The position numbers were made by a program, and so were the translations under genes. A DNA stretch of 64,000 nt from Vicugna vicugna. Taxonomy: Eukaryota. The notes under the pieces are model-generated. The model worked only from the letters and a program-made list of their open reading frames with translations, had not been told where the DNA came from and made no database searches. The DNA lies in NCBI GenBank assembly GCA_013265495.1, contig MU058213.1, positions 4,402,001 to 4,466,000 of the forward strand, in the 5' to 3' direction. This document shows positions 1-14,309 of this stretch, in pieces; positions within the stretch are counted from its first letter, which is position 1; each line of letters starts with the position of its first letter.

Positions 1-118
1 TTATACACTATTATTAAACCCCATTTTATAGAAGAAGAAACAGACTTAGAGTAATCACATACCTGGTAAATAGAAAGGCCCTGGATTGCCACTTGGGTCC
101 AGTTGGCTGTAAAGCATA
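1..118 (-). mobile_element. MIR SINE fragment
   Basis: attattaaaccccattttatagaagaagaaacagacttagag resembles the MIR core (cccattttacagatgaggaaactgaggc). Confidence 0.6.
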
Positions 119-1309
119 TTTTCCTGATACAGCTTTGGTAGTTTCCTCATAATGCTTTGTTGAGCTGAAAGGACAAAGTCAGAGACTAATTTAGAGATAT
201 TGAGTGTGGAAGGAAATCAGCTAGTTCCATTTTTCTGGTACTTTTAAACTTCTGAAATAAATACACTAAATGTTTAGAATATGCCGAATTTTTTGTCACT
301 CTGTCAATAAACAACTTTCTCTTACTGAAGGCACACCAAGGGAGAAATGGAAAGGTTTTTCTGGGATAGCAGATTTGGAAGCCAATCTGATCAAAGAGAG
401 GAATGCTGTTTTAAAAAAGTCTAGGGGAATAACTAGACCAAAGATTCAGATATTTAGAAGAGGTGAGACGAATAACCAGACAACTAAGATATTTGATATT
501 GTATGTGGATATAGAACTGGGTAAACCAATGCATTTCAAACCTTTTCATTTTGAGATTAGTAAGGGGATATATTGCTTAAAATTGAGTATGTATTTACTT
601 GCTGAGTTGGTGGAAGACAGAGATCTGTTAAAGTATAGTGATTTTCTTTTCTTTTTCTCTCCTGAAGCAGCTCTGAACAATTTATAAACCCCTGATACTT
701 TACCCATCTTTCCCCCATCTTGTTAATGACATAAATGAGGAGGTCAAGAAGCTAAGTCTAGTTCATTGCTCATCAGCAGAAATCTGTTTAAACTAGTTCG
801 ATTTTTATCTTTACATCGTCTTTGAGTTGAAGGTTTTAAGGAAATGATCATGACTAACTCAGCCAAAAGCCACAGAACAAAATTGGAATGAATGGGTTCC
901 ACCTTCAGGAAATATTGCCAACTAAGACTATTTTGCCAGCATTTTACCATTGACATTACTACTTAAAAGACATTCTGATGACATTTAGAAAATGTTTAAA
1001 ATTATACTGAGGAGTACAAACAGACTATTTCATCATAGATGTTTATAGAACAATATTGTGAGATTTTAGCCCTTTGCCTGGATTTCAGGGTTAGCAAGGA
1101 AGTGGTTCTATAAACCGTTCTGTTAGGTTAGGCTCTCTTCTATTTGTATCTTGATTACCATCTTGTTTTCAAAACAACTGAACAAGATAATGATTTCATA
1201 TACTTAAAACTATCCAGAAATAATAATTTGAGTAGCTTAATGGAGATGCTTAACATAAATTGTAATGGAGGTAAATGACCACAAATTGAACTCACCAGAT
1301 TTGCATTCA

Positions 1310-2790
1310 AGTTGATATTTTTCACTGATTTCGGGAAATTTTTGCAAATTATTTTCTACATATATATTCTACCTAACTTTTTCCTCTGTTTTACTTCTGA
1401 TGCTCAAATTACATGTATTTTAGGACATTTAATATGGTCTAGCAGGTAGCTAAGGCACCATTCTTTTTTCCCAGTATTTTTCCTGTTCAGTTTGACTTCG
1501 CATTTCTTCTTCTGGTTCCAGTTCATTGTTAAGATTATTCAGCATATTTTTTATTTCAGATTTTGTTAATTTTAAATTGTAGAATTTCCATTTTCAAATA
1601 CTTTACTGAGTATAAAGTCTTTGGATACTTATAATAGATGCTTTAAAATCCTTCCCTGCTTATTCCAACATCCATGTCATCTTGAGAGATGTCTGTATGG
1701 AATTGGTTTCCTAGGCTTTAGGCCACATTTTAATCTCTCCACACAACTATTAATTTTTTATTTTATGAAAAATATAGAAGATATATTGTAGAGGTTTTAG
1801 TATTTCTTCTTCTGCAAAGTTTTGTTTTTGCTTTGTAAAATAAGACGTTTTTATGTTATTTGTAAGTAGTTACTTTATGTTTTTGGTTGATTATCTTGAG
1901 ACTTGATCTAATGCTTTGTTAAGTAGTACCCAGCAGCTGGAGCTGAAACCTAGATATGACATTTTCCTTTCTGTGTTTCCCACCTTAATTTCCAGCCACA
2001 ATTTCCAAATTCCATTTTCTGGCTCCTTAAGGAAAGAAGATAGTGGCTTTCTCCTTGTCTAACCACTACATGGCCATTGATAAGTGTCCTCATTGAAAAA
2101 TCATATAGATTTGGATCTTACATAGTGAGTCTGGTTTTGTTTTTTTCACTTATCAGATCCTTTTCGATTTCTGCCTACTTGTGTTCACTTTTGCTTGCCT
2201 TCAAACAGTTGATTTTGAAAATTGGGTTCACAGTTTATAATTGTTATTTTCAGTTGAATAGCCCCAGGAAAATGCTCACTGGAACATTTTGTTATTTTAT
2301 AAAACATTTTCCTCACCCCACATGTATCATTTGTACTCCATCCTAGCCAATTCTCTACCTAAGAAGCAACCACAGTATTTTTATTACTGTGATTTTGTTT
2401 GTTTTCCAGGTCAATATATAAATGAAATAAATCTTCTGTATCTGATACCTTAAGCATGTTTTCAAAATGTATGCATGTCGTTGTGTGCACCACTAGCGTG
2501 TTTCTTTGTATTGCTGAACAGTATTGCACTGAGTGAGTAAACCTCAGTTCCTTTATTCATCTTTATTGATGGTCACCTGGATTGTTTCCAGTTTTCATTC
2601 TGATGAATATTATCTTTAATATTTGTGTAGAAGACTCTTTGTGAGTGTTCTTTTTTCTCACTTTGTCATGGGTAAATACCTAGGAATAGTAGTGTTGTGT
2701 CAAAGGATATATGTATTTTTACCTTTTAAAAAACTGCTAATTTCCCACAGGGTATCATTTTACATGCCCACAGGCAATATGTAAGATTTG
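1310..2790 (-). mobile_element. Old L1M LINE fragments (5'/ORF1-like piece ~1310-2250 and 3'UTR piece ~2330-2790)
   Basis: T-rich antisense L1 motifs such as gggaaatttttgcaaattatttt and gatggtcacctggattgtttccagttt...gggtaaatacctaggaatagt. Confidence 0.6.
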
Positions 2791-3779
2791 GGGTTCATAT
2801 CTTATTTTTCTGTCAAGATTATATTCTTTTATATAATAGAGGTCATTTTTAATATGTATTTTTGATTTCTGATAATTTTGATAAGAAGTCCTCTATTTTG
2901 AAACTAAAAATACTCTTGAGTTAAAGATTTCAAGAGTGATGTACTTTATTACATTTTATACATAACTTTTTCACTAGTTTAATAGCTCCAAAAGTTGGAT
3001 GGTGGGTAGCATTTTGATGTAGTTATTCATATTTAGAAGTTGTAGATGTTTTTAAATAAGTATAATTCAATTTTTTAAGGGCTGGACACTGATTAAGAGA
3101 ATTCAAAATTTAGAAATCTGTACATGGCAGTAATTTTTGCTTGCATATTACTGTAACAAATACACATGCGTGTGAACAGGAAAGGTTTAGTTCACTCCAT
3201 TTTAGAGCGCTGTGCTAATGTCTGGAGTTTCAGTTCATTGTCTTCTTGATGCTGTGCTTTGGTCATCAGTTGCATCCTTTATGAAGGCTCCTTTGCAGAA
3301 AAAGACTCCCTGTTCATCAGTGGGACTGAAGAAGGTGAATATAAATAAATATATAAAAAATATATGAAACTGCAGAAGATAAATAAAAAGCTGTAGCTGC
3401 TACTAGAGAACATGTCTTTATATTAATTAGCAGTGTCATTTTGTATATAAAAACTTTTTCACTGAACATCTTCTATGTGTTCAACACTGTAGGTAACACA
3501 GAGCTGAAAGTGGTTTTTGCTTTTAAATTAATTTGAGACCACACATTGGATGGTGTTCATTAAGAACAATGTAACTTCTATATTATGCAACGTAAGTGTA
3601 AGTATTAAAGAGGTTGGGCACATTGTATAGCAGAGGTGGAATTTAAAGTGAACATTAAATCAATAAGACTCAATTAAATGTAGAGGAGATGGAAGTGCTA
3701 AGAGAAGTAATAAGAGCAATGTTCCTGACTAATACTATGTACAGTGAGTATGTCTCATGGTTACAATTGAGAGTTTGAA

Positions 3780-4790
3780 TGCAGAATACTGAATGACAGC
3801 TCGAGAGCAGGGTCTCTGTGTCATGTGCATTGCTGTATCAGTAGTGCCTAAAGTGGTCCCAAGATGATGACACTATGTATGCCATAGTAGGTAATTCATG
3901 GTTTTGACTGTTAGGGTTGGAAGAGGGTGAGGCAGTTGTACCTGGGTTTCTAAAGGCTTTAAATGTAGGAGGGACAAAAACCTAGCACAGTTCATAACAA
4001 GCATTTGTAGAACAGATGAGTAAATACTCAGTTTCAGGTTGAAGAATTTGGGATTTATTTTGTTGGCAGTTGTAAAATCTGGAGATAATGTGTTTTGAAA
4101 GATTCTTATAGGAAGATTACACTGGCAGCATATCATAAGCAGATGAAGTATTTTGAAATAGTGTTTTAAGAAGATTCAGAGAGGTTCTAGTAAAAGTATA
4201 AGCAAAAGAGTCCATGAAAGCCTCGGAAAAAAAAGGTGTTAGTAGGAATGGAAAAGCTGCCTCAGGAGACATTCGTAAAGAGTATTCAGTATAGGGATAG
4301 TGGAGATGGAGGAGAAGAGACATTCAAAGATGATGCCCATTTACAAGTCTAGTTTACCTGAACTATTATAGTGCTACTTTAGTATTAGAAATATTAATTA
4401 TTAGGGTCAAAAGGCATTTGAGGAGTAGGTGAAAGGTATATGAAAAGTTTAAGTTTAGTTTAATATATGATGAGTTTGAGATGATGACAGGAGACCCAAA
4501 TGAAAGCTTCCAGCAGGAATTCAATGATTTAAGACACAAAATACAAAACTAAGCTTCAAGCTGGGAGTATGCATTTGGAGATTGATCATTCAAATAGGGT
4601 AGTCAAAAATCATAAAACTGCATGAGCGGTCCAAGGGGTAGAGCATAAAATGAGAAGGACTTAGAATGAAGAGCAGGTACTTTTAGTTTTTCACACAGAA
4701 GAGGAAATGATTGATAAACGGAATAGGAGCTCAAAGGTTAGTGTCAGCAAATTCCAGAGAGGCAAGGTGATAAAAGGATTGAATGCCATA
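3780..4790. mobile_element. Degraded L2 LINE fragments
   Basis: L2 3'-end motif (cagctcgagagcagggtctctgtgtc...gtagtgccta) followed by the purine-rich tract typical of antisense L2. Confidence 0.5.
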
Positions 4791-4809
4791 GCAGTGTTTC
4801 ATGTTCATT

Positions 4810-4990
4810 GTCTGTTTTTGTAAATAAAATTTTATTGGAGCACAGCTACTCTTTATTTATTTATATTTGCATATGTCTGTTTTTGTGCTATAGTAGTAGA
4901 GTTCAGTAGGTGGTAAAGAGAGTGTATGGCCCACAAACCTAAAGTATTTACTGTCTGGCTGTTTACATGAGAAGTTTGTGGGCGTTTGCT
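4810..4990. mobile_element. MER58A-like hAT-Charlie DNA transposon
   Basis: tgtttttgtaaataaaattttattggagcacagc...tatggcccacaaacctaaagtatttactgtctggc matches the recalled MER58A consensus. Confidence 0.75.
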
Positions 4991-6364
4991 TTAGAGAACT
5001 AAGAAATGAAAACCAAGAAGGGGCCTTTCTACTTTGTGATTAGGATAACCTATAATGACCTGAGAGAGTTCAATTTTATCTTTGTGCCTGGTATTGGGTT
5101 CTGCTGGTTTGGTCTAGGAAAAGGCTAGATATTAGCAAGAGACTCATTGATGAGGGAGTGCATAAATTGAAAGGACTGACGATGGTCAGTATAAACTTTC
5201 CTTCTGTGAGTCTAGAAAGAAACGAATGGTAGTTTGAAGAGTATATGAGGAAGAGATTTTAAAATATAAGGAAAATAAAAAGGAAAAATTCTTAGGGAGT
5301 TCCTTTGGGAGAAGCAGTGTGTTGCCATTACAGGAATTAATGGTCTAAGACTTGAATGTGCGGAGTACACAGGCCTCATTACAGGAAATGAATAGAATTG
5401 TTTGTGGAATTAAGTTAAGAATAGTAATTGCTCACACAGCTGTTTTTAAATAGCACATTGTGTTAGGTAATCAGCAAAAAATCCACCAAAATGTACTTGA
5501 TAGTTATGCAGAAGCTGCTTTATTGGTATTGACTTATGATCCTAATGGGTACCATAAAAACAAACGAAAAATCTCTGTATGCAGTTTTCACAGTGATATG
5601 GTACTGTATGTTTTTTGCTTTCTGTGTAAGTTGCATGTAATGTTTTCATCTTCCTTTTCCCACCACCTTACCCAAATACAATTGTCTTGTTGAAGAAGAG
5701 CAACAGCATGAACTTTATGAGCTCACAGAGCAATGAGGTGTGTTGTCATTGAAAGGAGTAGTATCTATTTGATTGCTTCTCTGTTTGTTTTCCTCCCTAG
5801 GCAAAAAAGAATGTTTTATTGTACGGTTGGATTTAGGTCTATTAATTTGTTTTCTGTTTTTTCTATCCATTGTCAACTGCACTTCTTCCTTTTGGATTTG
5901 ACTGTTTCTTTGGACTCCATTTTAATTTATTAGTTGACATTTAGTGATGACTTTGCTTTCTTCCCCACCACATTGGTAGTTTCTCTAAGATTAATGTACA
6001 TCGTTAACTTTTTTCGGTCTATTTAGAGTTAATATTATATCAATTCACATAGAATGTAGAAATGTTGAAACGTTAGGTCTATTTACCCCTACTTCTGCCT
6101 TCATTTATGCTATATTTAACATATTATTACAGCTAGATACATTGTTACTGCTGTGAGAGAATATTACAAGTTTTATATAAATAATTGTGTTAAAGACGTT
6201 GAAAGGAAAAACAGTGTCTTCTATTTACTATTTCTGATGTTCTTTCCTTTCTCAAGAGACAAGTTCCTCTCAGATAATATTTCTTTCTGCTTGAAGAACC
6301 TTTAGTATTTATTGTACTGCAGTTTTGCTGGCAACAAATTCTTAATTCTTTTTCAAAAATGTAT

Positions 6365-6620
6365 TTATTTTATTTCCATTTTTTAAAAATTGAAGTATAG
6401 TCGGTTTACAATATCGTGTCAATTTCTGGTGTATAGCATAATAGTTCAGTCATACATATACATACATATATTCATTTTCATATTCTTTTTCGTTACAGGT
6501 TACTACAAGATATTGAATATAGTTCCCCGTGCTATACAGTATAAACTTGTTGTTTAACTATTTTATATATAATAGTATCTGCAAATCTTGAACTCCTAAT
6601 TTATTTCTTCCCACCCCTTT
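6365..6620 (-). mobile_element. Younger (cetartiodactyl/camelid-type) L1 3' end
   Basis: T-tail then attgaagtatagtcggtttacaatatcgtg...ggttactacaagatattgaatatagttccccgtgctatacagt. Confidence 0.8.
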
Positions 6621-6634
6621 CAGTTTCACCCCTT

Positions 6635-7470
6635 AAAATGATAGTCATATAAGTTCAAACATATCCTAAAAAGAATGAAAAAAAGGAAAAGAAATGTATA
6701 TTTTCTTGCTCCCCTCTCCCACCTTTAATGATTTTGATGTCCTTTACACCTTCATGTTTATTCTAATGCAACTCATTGTAGTTATCACATTTCCAGTTAT
6801 GGTTTTCTCATTTCTGTAGCTTCCTGCTTCTTTTTTATTTAGGGTAGACCTTTCAATATTTCTTTTAGGACAGGTTTAGCTGAACTCTCCTGGTTTTTGC
6901 TTGTCTGTGAAATTTTTTCTCTCTCCTTCTATTCTAAAGAATAGTCTTGCGGGATAGAGTTGGTTGCAGCTTTTTCTCATTTAGGACTTTGGGTATAACT
7001 TGCCACTCCCTTCTGGCCAGCAGTGTTTGTGTAGAGAAATCAGCTGAAAGCCTTATGGGGGTTCCTTGTAACCAACTCTTTGTTTTTCTCTTGCTACCTC
7101 TAGAATCTTGGCCATCTTATTTATAATATGTCTTGTGTAGATCTGTTGGGGTTCTTCCTGTTTGAGACCCTCTGTGGTTCCTGTACTTGATTATCTGTTT
7201 CCTTCTTTACGTTTGGAAAGTTTTCAGTCATGCTTCAAATATATTTTCAATCCCCCTTTCTCTTTGTTCTCCTTTTGGGACCCCTATTATGTGTAGGTTG
7301 GCATGCTTTATATTATCCCATAGGTCCCTTATATTGCTTTCTTTGGTTTTTACTTGCTTTTCTGCCTGCTATTCTAATTGAGGGAGTTCTGTTATCCTGT
7401 CTTCTAAGTCATTTATTCATTCCTCTGTATTCTCTATTCTGCTTTTGACTGCTTTTAGCTCAGCTCCTGT
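6635..7470 (-). mobile_element. Younger L1 inter-ORF/ORF1 fragment
   Basis: tgccactcccttctggcc...gtagagaaatcagctgaaagccttatgggggttcc and tctccttttgggacccctattatg are antisense L1 ORF1 motifs. Confidence 0.75.
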
Positions 7471-7886
7471 CTCAAGATTTTCTCTGTATTTTCGGTTATC
7501 AAAAGTTTGACTATGGTATACCTAGACATGATTTTCTTAATATTTATCCTGTTTGTGTTTACTGAGTGTCCTTAAATTTGTGTCTCTTAACCATGTTTGT
7601 GAATTTTTTGGCCATTATTTTTTCAAAAAATTATTTCCTGCCATATTTTCTTTGTTCTCACATTATGTCTATGTTAGACTTGTCAGTGTCTTCCTTTAGG
7701 TCTCTAAGACCTGTTCACTGTCTTTTAATTTTTTCTCTTTTTATCAGATTGAATTATTTCTATTCATCTGTCATCAAGTTCATTCACACTTTACTCTGTT
7801 ATCTCCATTCCTTTCTTAAACCCATCCAAGAGTTTTATTTAGATTTTTGATATTTTAATTTTTATTTCTAAAATTTTCATTTGGTT

Positions 7887-7933
7887 TGTGTGTGTGTATG
7901 TGTTTGTGTGTGTGTATGTGTGTGTGTGTGTGT
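7887..7933. repeat. Imperfect (TG)n microsatellite
   Basis: Directly visible TG repeat with TA/TT interruptions. Confidence 0.9.
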
Positions 7934-9029
7934 TTTTCTCTGTGAGATTTCCAGTCTTTTTGTTCATTATGAGCATATGTCCTTTAGTTCATTTGTTATG
8001 TGTAGTTAAGGTATCTGGTTTAATGCTCTTGTCTGGAAAAAAATCTCAGTATCTTGGTCATCTTGAAGTTGGCCTCTTCAAATCTTTTTCCTTGAGATTG
8101 GATCACATTTCACTGTCAAGGAATTTTGGGTTGTATTATAGATACTGTGAATGTTATTTGTGGAAATTTTGGTTTCTTTCGTGTTTCTCCGAAGAGTTTT
8201 GTTATCTTTGTTTTAGTGAGCATTGATTGGATTGGACTCAAAGTGAAAACTCTTATCTCGCCTGAGGTTGATAGCTGCTCATATCTCAATTTGAATTGAT
8301 TCTTTCAGCTCCAAACTGCCCTGTGAACTTGTGCCTTAGGGCTCTGCCAAAGACTTCAGCAGAGAGAGAGAGAGAGGCCAAAAATTTGGGACTCTTCTTT
8401 TCTGCCTCTCTTCTTTTTGGGATTCTGTCCTTAATTTCTGGTGATTATGGTTGTCCTGCTCTGTCCTTTTTTCCTTCAAGCCAGAAAGACAGTAAGTTTT
8501 CTGTTGGAATTTTAGTTCTTGCATACTGTGGCTGCTGCTTGTCTGCAGAATAAAGCTTTAAAATAGGAAACTCACCTGTACTGATCCCTAAAATGTTCAC
8601 TCATTATGGTCTCTTCTTCTGAGTTTATATTACCATCCACAATCAGCCTGGTTTTGTTCATTCTCTAGTTAGACCCTTTAGGTTTACTCTTAAGGTAGAG
8701 CCTTGAGGTAGTTGTTTTATATTTATATTTGTTCTCCAGGATTTATAGTCGCTGTCTGTAAGAATTTGCTGCATCATGTTGGAAGCTGAGCTTAGTAGTT
8801 CAGTTTTGAAATTTTCTCCAACATATTTTCAATCTGTTTAAAAGTAATTTTTTTTAAAAAACAATACTTAAAAATAATAGTGATTATTATTTACTAATTC
8901 TTGAAGATCTACTTAAATTGCTAGATATCACTGTTCTATTTTGGGTATTTTTTTAACCCATCTTTAGTTACTGAATTCTTATAACAGACTGTCATGTGAA
9001 TGCCCTAACTTTCTATGTTCTTTAACCAT

Positions 9030-9720
9030 TCAGTAATCATTGGAATGCAGAATACCACACTTCTGCTGGGTACCAGAGAAACAGAGAGATGAATAAGACA
9101 TGTTCACAAAGTTTTATTGGTAGGATATACATGAAAACAACTATCAGTGTTGAAGACAAAATAAATGCAAATTACTTTGTGAAGAAGTGTGATTAATTTA
9201 GACCTAATTGATGGAGGACAATTCTCAGAGGAGGGGACATTTGATCTTAGTCTGATTCAAAATTAGAAACTCAGTAGTTTGGGGGAAAGATAAGGGTGGA
9301 CATTCTAGGGCTAGGTAACAGTAGGAGTGGAATATGAATGTGTGACAAGTCTTGGCATGTTTGAGGAGTGATTAATGTCTTGATGAGGCTGGAGCATTGC
9401 GTTTTCAGAGGGATATAGTACACACTGAAGCGGAAAAAGTAGGTTGACGCCTCTTTGAAAAATGCCATGCTCAAGAGTGCGAATGTTATTCCTGAAGCAG
9501 CAGAAGATCACATTTGAAAAGTGAATGGATGTGATCCGACTTGTGTTTATAGCGTGATAAGTGTGCTGGCAGTGTTAACTGCAGATGGGAATGGGAACAT
9601 AGTAGAAGAATAAGTAGTACACAGGACCTGAACCAGAGTACTGTGTATGTGAAGAGAACAGATGGGATAGTTACTTGAAATACTGCCAAGGTAGAAATTA
9701 ATACAATGAGTAACTGACCA
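9030..9720 (-). mobile_element. L2 LINE fragment
   Basis: cattcagtaatcatt...tgctgggtaccagagaaacagagagatgaataagaca followed by purine-rich L2-like body. Confidence 0.55.
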
Positions 9721-10189
9721 GTTAAGGGAATTTGAAAGAAGTGTTACCAAATTTAAGAGAATCATTATATTTCTAACCACATTTGTAAATGTCACATCAT
9801 GTGGACTATACGAAACTTTTGGAAACATTTTTTATTTAAAATTACTTTTATAGCTGTGTACTTTAGGCTGTACTATAGTGAATACAAATTGATTTTTCTT
9901 AGCACATGTGTTGAGGTCATTTCAGAGCTGTGGTACTTAACGTCTGTGTGTGGTTTAGCCACCAAGCCTAGTGAGGATTTAGGTTTCTCTAAAACTTTGT
10001 AATTTTGGCTCTTTGGGGATACTTACTTGTCTAGTTCATAGAGTCATTTACAGTCTTTAACTGCTTCTCACTGGAATTTTCAAACTATAGAATATTGGTT
10101 TTGATTATTGTCTAAAGAGGAAAGATAAGCTAACAGGGGACCAGTTTCAGCACCATTTTTATTAAACCGATTATATTAATTTAACTTCA

Positions 10190-10860
10190 TACATTTATTT
10201 CTTCCACAAATATTTATTAGTACCCACTGTGTGTCAGGCATTGTTCCAGGCACAGAACATATAACATTGAACAAAAGAGACTACATCCTTGTTTTCATGG
10301 AGCTTTCAGTCTATTGGGGGAAAACAGTATATGTCCACCCATGAGCCGACATTTGAACTGAGACTTGGAGAAAATTAGGGGAACAGACCATTCAGATATC
10401 TGGGGGAAGCATTTTGTGAAGAGGAAAGAATGAGGGATAAGGCCCTGTGGAGGAAGCATGCTGGGTGTGTTTGAGCAAAATCAGGGGTGCATGTTGTTCA
10501 AGTACAGTGATATAAGAGAATGATTAGTAGGAGATGATTAGTTAGAGAGGAGGGGGCAGAACCCGTGCAACATTATAGACCAGTGGATTTAATTCTGAGT
10601 GAGATGGGTAGGTTTTGAGCATAGGATTGACATGATTTGAGTCGTTTTGAAAAGGTCATTTTTAGTTCCTTTATAGAGAGTACACTCTGTGGAAGGGGCA
10701 AGAAGAAGGAGACCCTTTAAAAGTCTGTTGCCATAATACAGGTAGATGGTGGCTTGGACTAAAATGATCGTGTTAAAAATAGTGAGTCATAGACTTTGAA
10801 AATGTTTATATGGTAGATCTAATAGGATTATACCATCGACAGACTGAGTAGGGACATTTT
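10190..10860 (-). mobile_element. L2 LINE fragment
   Basis: caaatatttattagtacccactgtgtgtcaggcattgttccaggcac is the antisense L2 3' end; body includes ttaattctgagtgagatggg. Confidence 0.7.
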
Positions 10861-12205
10861 TTGCTGAGCCTTATCCACAGTTGAAGAAGAGGCACCAAGC
10901 CTTTTTAAAAAGTGTGTTGTCCTTCGTGCCTATATGGAAGAAAACACCTGGCAGTATTGTTCACGGTGCAGTGCTTTGTTACTTAGAGAGGAATATTGCA
11001 GTTGCTCCTCAGGTCTCAGGTGCAGTGAGAGGGCTTTTCTTTCCAGAAATTTGGCAGCTGGTTTAGGGGGCTTTGGGGGATGTCTTTAGAGCTTTGTCAG
11101 GGTTAGAATTTCTCTTCAGACAGTCGGGGCAAACCTCAACATACCAGATTGCTGGACAGTTCCCAAGGTGGTACAAAATACCTGCCTGCCCTCTGAGAAC
11201 TTAGTTTCAAAGTCTGCCATTAGGCATTTTCTATTTTTCTTAAACACATAGACCTCTGCCTTTTCTTTATGACCTTCTACTCTCACTTCTTTGATTAAGT
11301 CACTGAAACATCCTGTTTAATTATATCTTTATAGGATATTCATATACAGTGATGTGGCCAATAACTATTTGAAAGTTATTTTCAAGATTTGTCATTTTCT
11401 TGAAATTAGCCATGTGTTTAATTACCTTACTCTAGTGTACTTATTTAGTACTTATAGTGTACTTTGGCACTAGAATACCCTTACTTGTAAATCTTTCTTC
11501 TCAACCATACCAAACAGAAATTGCACTTGAATTTTAAAAGATGATCTGAAAAGGTGCTTCCTTCTAATCTTTTTACTTTAAAAAGGATTAAACTGTTTTA
11601 TTTGACAGTTCATTGTAAGAATCTCAATTTTTATTAAATAAAACTCTTTAACCAATGTTTTATACTTCAGATGAAGCAGCAGTTCTTAACTTCTCTTAAA
11701 TTTCCTTACAGTTTCAGTATTTCCATAGTTTTTCTCTATTTGTTTTTCATTAATGTATAGATAAAGACAAAGGATTTGACATTATATTCTAATTGATTCT
11801 ATCTCATACTGAATTTCTGGAAAAACACATTGGTAGATTTTTACCATGAGTATCTGAAAATCTAAAATGTGCAATAAAAATGGTGGTGGTGGGTTTTTAG
11901 GTGTATATTTTTTTGTAGTTTATTGTAGCCTTTGAGCCTTATCTAAAGGAATATCATTACTCCACACAAATAAAATAGTATGAAGAAACTATTGAAGAGA
12001 CACACCCATAGCTTTGTTATCCAACATAGTTGTCTCCAATCAGATTTCTTTTATCAAATCATCTGTTGAATCACCCTATAGCAGGTGGCAGTCCTGCAAA
12101 GTTCATTATCTTTCCTTATTTATAACAGTGTTAGGAGTTGATATTATTGAAGTACATTTTAACTTGCTAGAATAAGAAAAACTTGATTTCATTGCTACCA
12201 AAAGC

Positions 12206-12268
12206 TGTGTGTGTGTGTGTGTGTGTGTGTGTGACAGAGACAGAGACAGAGACAGAGTGAGAGAGAGG
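12206..12268. repeat. Compound microsatellite (TG)14 + (ACAGAG)n + (GA)n
   Basis: Directly visible. Confidence 0.92.
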
Positions 12269-14309
12269 TATATAATCCCCTGTGCTCAGGCTTTCAAGTT
12301 CATGTATGTTCCTTTTCCATAGAGGTAGACCCTCAGGCATAATACCAAGCAAAATGGCTATATTGACTTTTTTTTTAACCAGCTTTGGTGCAGAGATATC
12401 CTAACTACTCTTCTCTCCATTCTTTGTTTTGCACCCCCCCTTTTCTTTCATTCCTTCTCCACTCACTTCTCATTATTACCTGAAATATTTTCCCAGTTCC
12501 AGATCTGTTTCTCCCTTAATAGTAGTTGTAGTCTAGAGTCTTCGGTGGTAGGTCTGGTGGTGGCAGGTGGGAGAGAAGGAGCTGGTCAGCAGCTTTGCTC
12601 CTTATTGACCCCTTTTACCTCCAGCTAGGTCTTGTCTGAGTCTCACCAAACCTTGAATAATGCTTTATATACACAAACTCTGTACTGTTCGAGCTCATAG
12701 GAGTCCCAGATCAGTGGGAAAATAGGTGTATGGGGTATAAAAATGTCACCCCCCCCACCAAAATCTGTTTCCAATTTTTTCTAATGGTTAAAAACCTAGA
12801 GAAGTCTCTAAGACCCTGTGCTAGGAGAGTGAAAGAAGGGATAGGATAGAAACTGTGAGATAATTTTATACTGACTCAAGAAAGAGAGCACTTTAGGTCA
12901 AAAAAGATGGTGATAGTGTAGAGAGCAGGTAGACTAATTAATATCTTAGTTCTTCATAGAAAAGAAAGTAATGCCAGATGTTGAACTTTGCCAAGTTTAC
13001 TTCCTCCTCCAAAAGTCTTGCTCTCTGACACCTCAAAAACTTGGTTCCACCTTTTATTCTTTCTCCAGACCCTCAGCATCTTAGGGAAGTGCCTTATGTG
13101 TAGTCATTTATGATTTGCTTTCAGTTACTTTTCCTATTAAATGTTTTACAAAAGAAGGAAGCAGATTGTTTCATAGAATTAACAAGCCATTGTTTTTAGA
13201 TGTAGGGTCTAAAATTTAATGTTTCTTCTTTTCTGGAAAATATTAAATTAAAAATAGCATGCCTTTTAGAATGAGGACATGGAATCAAAATATGTATTGT
13301 TTTTAATTCATTCCATTCAGAAAAACAGGTACTTAAGAGAGTCTGTATATAAAAGATTAAGAAAGAAAAATATCATTTAAATCTATTATTGATTAACCCT
13401 TTTACTTTTGTTGAATAGAAATAGTATAGATTAATTAGAAAGTTAAACAAGGCTCAAAGTGTTTATACCATTTAATTATTTAAACTTTCTGTTAACGTCT
13501 ACCATTTTAATCTGTCAGCTGAGGAACTAGCATCTCAAAAATTACCAAATTGGCATGCATAAACTAGAAGTAGGAAGGAAGGAAAATATATGACAATGGC
13601 GATTCAGACATATCTTAACAGAAATTTCCTTCTAATCACTATTGCAACTGTGATGTATTTTCTTACTGATAATGTTTTTCAGATTTCGATCAATTTGTAT
13701 AATTTCTGTAGTAAGTTTATTTTCTGTATGTAATTTTTTTTCCTGGTTACCTTGGTGTTATGGCTATAGCTTTAGAAAGTTTATTATTCCTGTCATTATT
13801 CTATGTTTGTACAGCCATTGTCTTCAGCAGAAAGAAGTCATTGATGCTGAAGGATGACTCTTGCCTTTGTCAGTGCCAGCCACAACCTTCTACTCAGAGT
13901 CTGGCTACATTAACAATAAAACTATAGAGCTCTAGGTTTAAACCCTAAACCCTATGATATTGCATAGCATCCTTTGAGCCCCCTGCATGTCCAGTGTCAC
14001 TGGTATGTAGTACTCTTTAGCTGATGGCTTGTTAATTACCATTTTGTTTAATTGATCTTTTCTTTCTGAAAAGTATTGAGTATATATTTTCACAGAATTT
14101 CAGTTATCACTTGAAAATTTTGTCTGATACATTTTCTGCAGTAGGCACCTATCTTTTCTATATTTTCTGTTACAAATGTATTTAAAATATCAATATTAAT
14201 TATTTGATATAAGACAATTCAGCCATAAAATGAATTGTTTTCATTAGAATAGGATGATCAAATAAGTTTGCACTGTATGTTCTAAATGTTCATTGAAAGT
14301 TATGTTTGC

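Larger units (their letters stand above)
5790..8780 (-). mobile_element. Old L1M element (inter-ORF/ORF1/5' region) interrupted at ~6365-7470 by younger L1 sequence
   Basis: Antisense L1M motifs ttctttctgcttgaagaacctttagtatttattgtactgcagttttgctggcaacaaattc and tcaagattttctctgtatttt...agtttgactatggtatacctag. Confidence 0.65.
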
